From Octopus bimaculoides (taxonomy: Eukaryota): a stretch of DNA of 52,345 bases. Location of the stretch: assembly GCF_001194135.2 (NCBI RefSeq), contig NC_068985.1, positions 17,159,204 through 17,211,548 of the forward strand. Direction: 5' to 3'. Made by a program: the position numbers and the translations under genes. The notes below the pieces were generated by a model. The model had not been told where the DNA came from, did no database searches, and was given only the letters and a program-made list of their open reading frames with translations. Below, piece after piece: positions 22,472-35,500 of the stretch (position 1 is the stretch's first letter; each line of letters begins with the position of its first letter).

Positions 22472-25400
22472 CTCAAGCATGGCTGTGTGGGAAGAAGCTT
22501 GCCTCCCAACCACATTGTTCCCACTGCGTGGCACCTTGGGCAAATATCTTCTACTATAGTCTTGGGCCAACCAAAGCCTTGTGAGTGGATTTGATAGATT
22601 GACACAACATGTGTGTCCACATGTGTATCTTTGTGTTAGTGTTTGTCCCCCTCCACTGCCTGACAACTGGTAGTGGTGTATTTATGCCCCTGTAACTTAG
22701 TGGTTTGGCAAAAGCGACTGATAGAATAAGTACTAATAATATGAGTGAGGAATCTAATGCAGGTCATGTGTGAGCATGTATATGTTAAATAAAATGAGAC
22801 AACAAAGCCAAAACAGTGTGAAATTTCTTGGACATTTATAAGGAGAAAGGTAGCCTTACAGCTGTTTCAGGGATATAAAAGATATCCCATCATTAGAGAC
22901 GATATGAGAGAGTTAAACAGAAGGAAATAGTAGAGTGCAATATAAGAAGTTATTTTGGAAAGAGAGAGATATAAGAAGTATAAATGGAAATATGAGAATT
23001 AAAAAATATATGTTGGATGTTAAAGTTGTTGTTCCATTATCCAAGGAATGTACTGTGTAGAATTCGTAAAAAGGCTTCTTGTCCATGATATGTAAATTCC
23101 AATAGGAGTTCATATTTTGTTATTACAAATGGATAGTGTGCAGATATTAATTCCATGTGTTGTTCATTCAATGTAAATTGTGAATGAAATTTTGAGAATA
23201 TACTGGTAGAAGTAGATAGAGAGAAATCCCTGAAACAGCTGTAAAGACTACCTTTCTCCTTATAAATGCCCTAGAAATCTCACACTGCCCTGGCTTTGTT
23301 GTCCCATTTTATTTAGCACACACACACACACACATGCATATACATTTATATTGTATTTCAAGATGGTCATTTTATTTTATGTTATTTATTTATTATTTAT
23401 TTATTTTTTTTGCCAAATAAACACATGCACTATATATATATATATATATATATATCATCATCATTTAATGTCCGCTTTCCATGCTAGCATGGGTTGGACG
23501 ATTTGACTGGGGATTGGCGAACCAGATGGCTACACCAGACTCCCATCTGAACTGGCAGAGTTTCTACAGCTGGATGCCCTTCCTAACACCAACCACTCCG
23601 AGAGTGTAGTGGGTGCTTTTTACGTGCCACCGACACAAGGGCCAGGGTGTTTTATTATTTTAATGCCTGTCCATTGTCCGGAAATCTTTCATCACACATC
23701 TGTGACCTCTTCAGTGACACTTTTCGTTTTCGTGACTTTGTTTATCTTAATGTTGAAAAATAAAAGAAGTATAAAAAGACCACATTATTTATGGGATGAC
23801 CCAATACACACGCGCACACACACATGCACATACATACACAGCAATCCCCTTATGTTGCATGTGTAATGTATTTCTGAAAGACTTGCAGTAATATGAAAGC
23901 CAAGACATGTAATTCATTTCTCTATTGATTTTCATGTTATAAAATGATACAGCATTCGAACAGATAATATTTTTAAAGAAAAACAATAACAGATTTTTTG
24001 CAACTGATTTTCTTTTTGTTGCCAATCCTCACTTTTTTCTAAGCAAGATTATATTTCTCCTACTGTAAACAATGGCCTTTATATGTATTTATATACTCTG
24101 TTACTCTTTTATTTGTTTCAGTCATTTGACTGTAACCATACTGGAGCACTGCCTTTAGTCAAACAAATCAATCCCAGGACTTATTGTTTGTAAGCCTAGT
24201 ATTTATTCTATCGGTTACTTTTGCCAAACTGCTAAGTTACGGGGATGTAAACACACCAGCATCAGTTGTCAAGCGATGGTGAGAGAACAAACACAGACAC
24301 ACAAACATACCCCCCCACACACACATATATACGATGGGCTTCTTTCAGTTTCTGTCTACCAAATCCACTCACAAGGCTTTGGTTGGCCCAAAGTTATAGT
24401 AGAAGACACTTGCCCAAAGTGCCATGCAGTGGGACTGAACCCAGGACCATGTGGTTGGTAAGCAAGCTACTTACCACACAGCCACTCTTGCACTTATATG
24501 TGTATATAGTTAAACGATGATGATGATTTACTTAATTACTGAAGCAGTTGGTTATTTATTAACCAGAGCAAATGTTTGCTATTTTCGTATGTCTATGCAG
24601 TTCATTCATTGTCAATTTATGTTCTGTTCACTTTAGGTAATCAGGAGACAGAAAATAGCTGGAAGAATGTGAAGACCATAGGAAAGGGCACTTTTGGATT
24701 TGTGGAATTATGGGTAAACGAAGAAACTGTATGTATAACCTTGAAATGATTCTTTAATATATTTATTTTTACATTATTTGTTGTTTTGTAACTTGATTTT
24801 CTTTCTGAGGAATCCCACTTCTCACATTGAAAGACAGTATCTGTGAAAGACCTATGCTTTTATTAAAATTTGGAAAGGCTTAGCTCTTTAGCATTTGGAT
24901 TATTCCTGTAACATAATCGTGGCCGAAGCTAGTGTCACATAACTGGCACCTGTGCCAGTGACATGTAAGTGCACCCACTACACTCTTGAAGTGGTTGGTG
25001 TTAAGAAGGGCATCCAGCCATAGAAACCATGGCAAATCAGATTGTAACCTGGTGCATCTCCCTAGCTTAACCAGTCTTCAGTCAAACCATCCAACCCATG
25101 CCAGCATGGAAAACAGACGTTAAATGATGATTCAATGCTTATTTATTCACATTGTTTTGAAATAATCATGTGTTATCCAGTAACTTTGATATTTTGGTGG
25201 TGTGATTGTTCGTATTTAGAATAACACTGCAGTAGGTGTGAAAGGCTGGATCTAGTCAGTTTCAACATAAAACAGGTTGAATATCTGGGCTAGAAATGGC
25301 TGGTTGAAATGCTAAAGGATAAAGTCATTTTATGGCCAGCAAATATGTAAGAAGAAGGAAGTTTCAATAGGAAGCAGTTTTCAATTGCTTCTAGTAGTAG

Positions 25401-28400
25401 TCCTTTGAATTACATGGTAAATGTCATCTTTTATGAAGAAAACAAAAAGAATAATATTTTTATCACTTTTAGTCAAGAAGGTTAGCAATAAAACAGAAAG
25501 GTACATTAGGTGAGTGAGCACAGTGAGTCCAGAGTGAGGTGAAAAAGATCTGGCAAATCAAAATACTAAGAACTTGAATATAACTGAAACTTAATATTCC
25601 AATATTATCTGAAGCTCCTTCAACTGTATTTATTAAGTGTAGGCTAGCATACATACTTAGTGTAGTGAGCTAGAAAGAATTTTTTTAATCATTTGAAATT
25701 ATACTCAAACTAAAAAGAAAAATTATTAACATTAAAATTCTTTTCAAAAGGGTAAGGAAGAAAATACTGAAGTGGCTATACTTTGCTGAGGAGGGCTAAT
25801 AATATGGAAACATGTCTGGAGTTATTACCAAAATTGGAACTTCCTCCACTTACATAGCTATATTTAAATTTTTGTCAAGTTATATTTCAGACTTCTCTGT
25901 TTTACCCATTTTGAAATTAATTTTCCTTAACTCTAACAGCATTTCTTCTCATTACTAGTACAATTTCATCATCATTAAGCATCTTTTTACTACACCGGCA
26001 AGGTTAGACAGTTTGACAGGATCCAGCCAGCCACTGGGCTACATGAAGCTCCAGTGTCAGCTTCGGCATGGTTTCTGTGGATGGATGCCCTTCCTAATGC
26101 CAACCACTTTACAGTGTGTACTGGGTACTTTTTTTGCATCTCTGGCAATAGTGAAGTTAACAAGTAACTTGCAAAACAGGAGAAGAACAAAAAATGCAAA
26201 AAGCCCCATGACTAAATTAGTGGAGTATTTGAAGTGAGGTGGAGTAGTGGCTTTGCTAGGTGTTGGGAGGTTAAAGTGTAGTTGAAGAATAAGTACAGGT
26301 GTCTTGCTATATAGGAGAAACATAGCTACCCTGCATTATATACAGGTGAATAGGAGCAGTTGGAAAGAAGACAAAATGGTAGTGATGGGTGCCAAAACAA
26401 ATCCTTAAGGAGCAAAGAGGTGAGCATAAGAGAGGATACAGATAGTGGATCAGGAGGGAGATGGAGGCTTATAAGAGTATGAGGGGAGACTAACAGATGG
26501 TTAGAGAAGTAGGTAAATGTGAATATGGTGAGTGCTTAATTCTGAAAAACAGTGAAGGCGGTGAGCTGGTAGAGTCGTTAGCACGCCTGGTGAAATGCTT
26601 AGTGGTATTTTGTCTGCCGTTACGTTCTGAGTTCAAATTCCGCCAAGGTCAACTTTGCCTTTTATCCTTTCGGGGTTGATAAATTATGTACCAGTTGCAT
26701 ACTGGGGTCGACCTAATCGACTGACCCCTTCCCCCAAAATTTCGGGCCTTGTGCCTAGAATAGAAAAGAATACTGAAATATGGTGGAGGTGCTGTTTAAT
26801 GGGAAATATCAGTATGGTGGGGTAAGGTGAGAGATAGAAGTGGCTGGGGGTGATAGGGCAGGAAGTAGAGGGTGATGAGCAAAGCATAAGATCTATGGGG
26901 AGGGAGATATAATGGTAAAATTTTTTTCTTGTTTATTACATTATGTTACCCTACATGTCCTTCATACAGAAAACACCTGTCCTGGGGGTAATTTACAAAT
27001 GTCTACAAATTTAAAGATGTGGAACTGTTCGTTTAAAATTCCATCATTACAGCTGAGAAAGTGAAATTATATAATTTTGGTAATTAAACTGTTTAAAAAC
27101 GCTCCTTCTCAGCAGATCCTTTCCCTTTTATGCATCAGTTTCACATATTGTGATTTATTTCTTTATTTGTTTTTCCTCTTCAGCTTGAAGAACTTGCTCT
27201 GAAACAGATCCAAATTGCTCAAGAATGTAAGCCAAATATAGTGTCCATGTGGAAGAAGGAAATCGAAATCATGAAAAAGCTTGATCACAGAAATATTATT
27301 CGTGTTAGAGATACTCCTGCTGAACTGAAGCAACTAGAAAGAGTGTATCCCATTTTGGCCATGGAATATTGCTCTCTAGGCAATCTTAGAAAGGTAATTA
27401 ATGAATTTTTGTTTAGGTATTTGCTTCACAAATTCTAATCATCATCTTCATTTTAATGTCCACTCTTCCATGTCTGTATTGGTCAAATGGAATTTGTTGA
27501 TGCAGATTTTATTTGGCCAGATGCCCTTTTTTGTTGACAACCTTCCTTTTCAAATAAGGTAATATTTCTCCAATACCAGACATGTTTTCACAGAAGATTG
27601 GAAATGAAGGACTCTACTTGTTTGACCGCAACAAACACAAACACACACAAACATATATATATATGATAGGCTTTTTTCAGTCTCCATCTAGGAAACCCAC
27701 TCGTAAGGCTTTGGTTGGGCGAGGGCTATCATAATAGACATTTACCCAAGCTACCACACAGTGGGACTGAACTCAAAGTCATGTAGATGGGAAGTAAACT
27801 TCTTTACCAAACACCCACTGAAAAAAGGCTGAAAAAAACCAAACCAAAAATGAATCTCACCAGTGAGATGTGGTCCATCTTGGAAAGCAGAAATGATTCA
27901 TCAAACCCATATTGACATGGAAAGCAGATATAAAATGATGGCAATGATGAATATGTAGCATGAAACACACACATTACATCACAATCAATATTCTTAGTAC
28001 GTTCTAACTTATCTATGTTCTTACTAATCATTATTTTTGATGATCTGTATAGTCATCTCTCTCTTTCATTTTTAGACCTCCACTTTCACTTTCTTAAATT
28101 CATTTCAGCTGACTTACAAACAAGCAATACAAAGATAATGTTTTAATATTTCTCCCTGTTCTCATGACTCTATTGGAACAATACAATAAGGAAGAAGCTG
28201 AGGGTAAAGTTAGGGAAATAGAAGATGTATTTCTTGTTTAAAAAAAAAAAAAAGAAGAGAAAAGAGTAGAAAGAAAGTTTTATGATGAAAGTCTGGATTG
28301 TGATAATCATGATGTTGTTTAGTTTTTGGTACAGCTCAACATTCATTCCAAAAATTTTGTAGCAAAGAAAGGACCCTTAACCCTTTCAAAATCAAACTGC

Positions 28401-31400
28401 CTGATTCTATTCTACTTTTGGATCTGTGATACAAATTTCTTGTTTTAAAGAGATCTGCATTAAAGCCTTCCATCAAAATTTCATATTAATTTATGTTCCA
28501 AACATCAGTTTAATAATGACAATATTATTTTACGAANNNNNNNNNNNNNNNNNNNNNNNNNNNNNNNNNNNNNNNNNNNNNNNNNNNNNNNNNNNNNNNN
28601 NNNNNNNNNNNNNNNNNNNNNNNNNNNNNNNNNNNNNNNNNNNNNNNNNNNNNNNNNNNNNNNNNNNNNNNNNNNNNNNNNNNNNNNNNNNNNNNNNNNN
28701 NNNNNNNNNNNNNNNNNNNNNNNNNNNNNNNNNAGATGGCCCGAACACATAAGCAATATGGAGCTATGGCAAAGACCGAATCAAGTTTCAATTAGGGAGC
28801 AAATATTTAAGAAAAAGTGGAAGTGGATTGGTAGCACAATTAGAAAGGACACACCAAATATAGCAAGAAGTGCTTTACAGTGGAATCCGGATGGATATAG
28901 AAAGAGGGGTAGGCCTAAGAACTCGTGGCATAGATCAACAAAAGGAACTAGAGAAAGGGGGACATTCATGGCAGAGTATAAGTACAGAAGCGAAAAATTA
29001 TGCAACATGGACTTCAATTATAAGTGGCCTATACTCTGCGTTGGAGGGTTAAAGGCAAGAAAGAAAAAAAATTTCAACTAAAGTGGAGACTCATGGCTTA
29101 GTGGTTAGGGTGTTGAACTCATGATTGTAAAATTGCAGTTTCAACACCTGGATTGAGTTATGCTTTGTGTTTTTGAGTAAAACACTTCATTTCATGTTGC
29201 TCCAGTCCACTCAGCTGGCAAAAATGAGCAACCCTGCAATGGACAGCACCCTATCAAGGGAGGAATATATACATATACACCTTAGAAAATGAGAAACTGG
29301 CCTTGTGCTCCTTACAGAGTAATGTGGACTAACCATTGCAACAGAAATATGGTAAGTGCAAAGGTTAAAAACAAGAAATGGGATGGATGCTAAGCTTTAA
29401 ATTCATTGATAGTTTTTTTTGGCCGAAGGGTTGGTTGATATTGCAATAATCAGTTTCTACTGCTTTGCGTTCCACTTTCAACTCGTCTGATAAAATAGCA
29501 TGAATTTGCTTTTGCATCTCTGAGTGGTTGGCGTTAGGAAGGGCATCCAGCTGTAGAAACTCTGCCAAATTAGATTGGAGCCTGGTGTTGCTATCCGGTT
29601 TCACCAGTCCTCAGTCAAATCGTCCAACCCATGCTAGCATGGAAAGCGGACGTTAAACGATGATGATGATTTCTAATCTTTAATTTAACCAGCCTAATAT
29701 GAACTATTATAAAGTGTGAAAGCAAAACTATTAGTGCAAATCAATACATCAAAATCTGCTCTTCAAAATAAAGCACCAGTACATGGATGTAGTTAGATAA
29801 AAGTTTGGTCCACATAAGTAACAAAGTTTAAAAATGATTGAAATGGCAATTATTTTTACACCAACTCAATACTTTGCAATAGTCAATAATGAAGCCCCCA
29901 ATCTAGCCTGCTAGTTGAAATGGAAGCCTATGATACAAAAATTAATTGAAATATTTGCTGGTATTTAATGACATACTTGCTTTTAATCAAGAAATGTATC
30001 AGAGCTCTTAAGAACAGGGAGGTATAATCTTATCAGTTTGGTTCATCTTGGATATATTTCATCATCATCATCATCGTCGTTTAACGTCCGCTTTCCATGC
30101 TAGCATGGGTTGGACGATTTGACTGAGGACTGGTGAAACCAGATGGCTACACCAGGCTCCAATCTGATTTGGCAGAGTTTCTACAGCTGGATGCCCTTCC
30201 TAAAGCCAACCACTCCGAGAGTGTAGTGGATGCTTTTGGGTAATATTGGAAATTAGTAAAGAGATATTGTTGGAGAAGTAAACTTCTATGTGAACAGGTA
30301 CCAAAGAAAAAAAGTTTCCAGATTTGTAAAAAAAGAAAAAAAAGTAATTGTTTATAAGACCTTCATAATAGATGGAAATGAGGCAAAGGGACTCATGGGT
30401 TACGACAGTCAGAAGCAGTGCATTAACACATCCTCACACCTGGTTTGAATGCTTACAACAAAATAAGCTCCATTAAAGACACCCACGGACCAAGTGGTTG
30501 TGGTATACTGAATAACAGTTTAGGTCTACCACTCAAGAATGCATACTGCCCATATAATAGGCTTCTGCACAGTTTCTTATTTTTTTTACTGCCCACAAGG
30601 GGCTAAACATAGAGGGGACAATCAAGGACAGACAAATGGATTAAGTCGATTATATCGACCCCAGTGCGTAACTGGTACTTATTTAATTGACTCAGAAAGG
30701 ATGAAAGGCAAAGTCGACCTCGGCGGAATTTGAACTCAGAACGTAACGGCAGACGAAATACCACTAAGCATTTCGCCCGGCATGCTAACGTTTCCGCCAG
30801 CTCGCCGCCTTCTGCACAGTTTCTACCTAACCAGTTTCACTCACAAGGATTTAGTATGCTCAAGGTTATGGTAAAAGACAATCGCCCAAAGTGTTGAGTG
30901 GTAGGATTGAACCACAAGATTGTGATGTTAACTTGTTAACAATATGGCCACAAAACATAGCTTATTTATTTTAGAAAAGAATGGAACCTGTTATAAAGCA
31001 CTGTCTTTGACAACGAGTGCAAAATGTCTTCCTTACTGGTAGGAATGGATTCAAAGAGTAAAGAACTACTAGATTGTTATCCAGGATATATCGCCCATAG
31101 ATGAAGGGATACCATAATGAACATCACGCATCAATGTCCAAGTTCTGCTCTACCACGTGGAACCTTACAGCACAGACCCTTCCCACTTATTCTAATAGAC
31201 CGTCATTTATATGCTCCCACATCCCGTTTCTATCATGTGCTGTTAACAATGTATGGCAAGGGAGGTAACTACCTATCTACAGGGTGTTCACAAAGTCTGG
31301 GTACATGGAGTATATAAAATCATAACAAACAATTAAATATAAGAATTAATAATTTCTTAAAGTATGTGTTAATCCCTGTGTGGGTACATAGAGTAAATAA

Positions 31401-32565
31401 GATCATAACATAAACAATTAAATATAAGAAATAATAATTTCTTAAAGTATGTGTTAATCTGCATGTACCCAGACTTTGTGGACACCCTGTACAAAACTCA
31501 ACATCTCAGAATATCACAGACTCAATGGAGAAGACTAGTTTGTTGTGTTTGAACTGAAAGTAGAGGATTTCTTGCACTTGTGTTTCTTAACAGTTATTTT
31601 TAAAACAAACAATAAATGTTAATAATAATTTTTTACAAATAATTAAAACAATTTCCATATTTAATTATTTATTCATTGTTGCTAAATTTCCAATAATTTG
31701 CAGAGATGAAATGAAATTCTATCACCAGCTGTGTTTCATTAAAATTTCAGAAATTCAATTGATAAAACATTAAAACTAAAGATTTTGGTAAAGGCGTGTT
31801 GCCTAACTGTTAGGGTATTGCTCTAATGACTGCAAGATTGTAGCTTTGATTCCACTCAGCTACGAGCAACCCTGTGACAAACTAACGTCCCATTCAGGGG
31901 AAAGGTTGTGAGCTCTGTCACTTATTCACCTGAGAAACCGAGTAACTGCTTCTATGAATCCTAGAACATGAGACAGTACTTACTTTTTATTTTTTATAAA
32001 CACATATCACTGCTGCCTAATGTCCAATGTATAATTTTAAAATTACTCTTTCAAATCCTGGATTCTGTGTTTGTGTACTAACAACAGTCATCTTGCTATC
32101 AATTCACAGATTCATTTTTCACTTTTTGAGATAATTTGTTGGTAAATTATTTTTATTGCAATTTATGTTTAATGAATACTAATTAACATTTTATCATTTG
32201 TGATGTTAGGATCTGAGCCGGTCATACTGCGGATTTAGTGAGGCAAATGTGTTGCATTTCACTAAAGACATCTCTGCTGCCGTTGCTTATCTTCATACAC
32301 AGCAAATTGTTCACCGTGACATAAAACCAGAAAACATTGTACTTAAGGAAATAGACAATAAGGTGAGAGTTCTATGTTATTAATATTTTTTAACTTTTGC
32401 AAGTGACAAAATTTTTGTAGCTTGCTTAATAACCACATGGTTCTGGGTTCAGTCCCACTGCATGGCACCTTGGGCAAGTGTCTTCTACTGTAACCTTGTA
32501 CTGACCAAGGCTTTGTGAGTGAATTTGGTAGACAGAAACTGAAAGAAGCCCGTTGTGTGTGTGTA

Positions 32566-32597
<32 letters not shown>

Positions 32598-35500
32598 CAC
32601 GTGTGTGTGTGTGTACGTATATATTTGTGTGTCTGTGTTTGTATCCCCCCCCAATCTCTTGACAACCAATGTTGGTGTGTTTACATCCCCATAACTTAGC
32701 AGTTCGGCAAAAGAGACCAGTAGAATAGGTACTAGGCTTACAAAGAATAAGTCCTAGGGTTGATTTGTTTGACTGAAGGTGGTGCTCCAGCATGGCCACT
32801 GTCAAATGACTGAAACAAATAAAAGAGTTGATAATTGTGTCCATGCATAACCTACTCGTCCTTTCCTTAAAATGTTACAGTTTTATGTATGTGTGTGTGT
32901 GAGAGAGAGGGGGGGAAGAGTGAGAGAATTGGAGAGTGAATTGCTTCATAAATCTTTTCACTCCTCTTTCTCTTCCTTCTCCTCATTGTTTACCACTCTG
33001 GTGCAGCACTGATTGCTGTAGAAACCCACACACACACACATTACTTGCTTTACATTTAGCAGTGTGTTTTGCCGTTTCTTTCAGTTGTTGTTGATGCTTT
33101 TAGGTCTATATATACCCTGCTCATTGAGTAGTTTTTTTTTAAGGGATATCTGACACTACATGATCCTTTCTTTATTTAAACATTGGGATATGATTTGAGG
33201 GTGATTTGGTTGGTATTTCTAGCAGATAGAGCAACTACAGAGATGCTTTCATTACTTCAAGCATGAAACTGATGTTGCTGTTGTTTAGTTCCAGATGTTC
33301 CTTAAGCGAAGAAATCTATGTTCATAGGTTTATCTTTTTCAGAAGGTATTTAACACTATCTTATCTGATGTGTCCTTTCCTTAGAATGTGATTTGAAATT
33401 TGGCTGCTATTCTCAGCTAATCAAATGACCATGTTGAGGTTCCCTGCTCAACTTGAGTTTATATCTTTTAGTATATGTGTGGAATTGAAAACATGTCTCA
33501 CACACACACACTTACATGTATGTGTGTCTGTGATTTTTTTTTGAGATATTTTTGGGGGAATAAGTATTAAGTATCTCATATGCCATCAAATATGGTATAT
33601 ACTAGTGTTATTGCAATATTTTAAGTCAAAAATTTTCTTGTTCTGTACTTTGTTGTTGTTGTTTGTTCCTTCTTGAGCCATGCCTGGCTCATAAGGGTTG
33701 ATTTCATTAGCTTATAGGTTCACCACCTGGACAGAATGCCTGTCTGTCACAGGTGAGCTGCTAGATGCAGGAGGAAAGAGTGAGAGAAAGTTGTGATGAA
33801 AGAATCAGCAGAAGTTCGCCATTACCTTCTGCTGGAGCTACATGGAGCTTAGGTGTTTCGCTCATAAACACACATATTGCCTGTTCTGAGATTCAAACCC
33901 ATGATCCCTTGACCGCAAGTCTGCTGCTGTAACCACTAGGTCATGTACCTCTACTCTGTACTTTACCAGATGTAGTAAGTTCTCCTGAACTTTTCCAAGT
34001 GTAATAAATTGTCCTGTAATTTTTCAGGTTTATAATCTTAAGAATATTATTTTTCTTGCTTGCATTTTTCCATGTAATAATATATATAACTCCTACCAAA
34101 TATGTTGAGTGCCACTCACTTGTGTGTGTATATATCATTGATGTAAATTTTATTTGAGTGTTTGTATTTTTTAACTGATATTTTTTTATTTATTTTACAG
34201 GTTGTTTACAAATTAATTGATCTTGGATATGCTAAAGATCTTAATCAAGGAAGTGTATGCAAGTCATTTGTTGGAACACTTATATATGTAGTAAGTGTTA
34301 CTCTTTTTTTTTTTTTTTTTTTTGTGGGGTGGCAGTGTAGGAAAGCTATTGAAAAATAAAATCTATAGTATCAAAATTAAAAAGCTCTACAACCATGGTT
34401 TTTGTTAAAGGTAGGTTATTACTCAGATTTGCATTCATCGTCATCGTTTAACGTCTGCTTTCCATGCTAGCATGGGTTGGACGATTTGACTGAGGACTGG
34501 TGAAACCAGATGGCTACACCTGGCTCCAATCTGATTTGGCAGAGTTTCTACAGCTGGATGTCCTTCCTATTGCCAACCACTCTGAGAGTGTAGTGGGTGC
34601 TTTTTACATGCCACTGGCACGAAGGCCAGTCAGGCGGTACTGGCAACGGCCACACTCAAAATGGTGTATTTTACGTGCCACCTGCCCAGTCCAGCGGCAC
34701 TGGCAACGATCTCGCTCGAATGACTTTTCACGTGCCACCGGCACAAGTGCCAGGAAGGCGACGCTGGTAACAATCACGCTCGAACAATGCTCGTAGCGCT
34801 CCACNNNNNNNNNNNNNNNNNNNNNNNNNNNNNNNNNNNNNNNNNNNNNNNNNNNNNNNNNNNNNNNNNNNNNNNNNNNNNNNNNNNNNNNNNNNNNNNN
34901 NNNNNNNNNNNNNNNNNNNNNNNNNNNNNNNNNNNNNNNNNNNNNNNNNNNNNNNNNNNNNNNNNNNNNNNNNNNNNNNNNNNNNNNNNNNNNTGGATCT
35001 TTCTGATTTGGCGGGCGCCACTTATTGTTTATGTTTTATTTAGTGTGTTTTCTACCGAAACACTTTAAAACTTCGTATACTTGTATATTTTGTCTTATAG
35101 AACAGAAAAAAATTTTTATATTCGAAGCTATTTCATATTAAAAGTTGTCGCACTTTGGCAATTCCAACCAATCACCGACGTCCACTGAGGTGAAAACAAC
35201 CACTGCTGTGGAATGCAAACAACACGCTCCAGCAGTGCAATGGGATCCCTTCCCCTGAATAAAACTAGTGCCGCTGCTTGTCAACAACAACCATCGGCGG
35301 CATTGTTTGAGAATATTAGTATCTGTTAATACTAAGAGAGCTAAAACAGTGTGCAAAGAAAAACATTTTTTACTGTCTTCTTAGATTATTAGATGATGAA
35401 ATATAAGCAATGACTTGCTGTAAGTTACAAATTTCAGTCTTTGAAAACTTTGGTTATTGCTTACATAAATTATTTCAGAGTACTATTGTGTTTATATTTC

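Larger units (their letters stand above)
3813..34993. other. assembly gaps: 3813-3822, 11204-12071, 18933-18942, 21800-22436, 28537-28733, 34805-34993
   Basis: N runs, mostly next to microsatellites or young repeats; the IKK frame closes without needing an exon in any gap. Confidence 0.99.

Noticed and set aside
11010-35068. Long ORFs in the track at 11010-12267, 21677-22666, 28426-28791 and 34728-35068
   Set aside because: Artefacts of N runs and microsatellites
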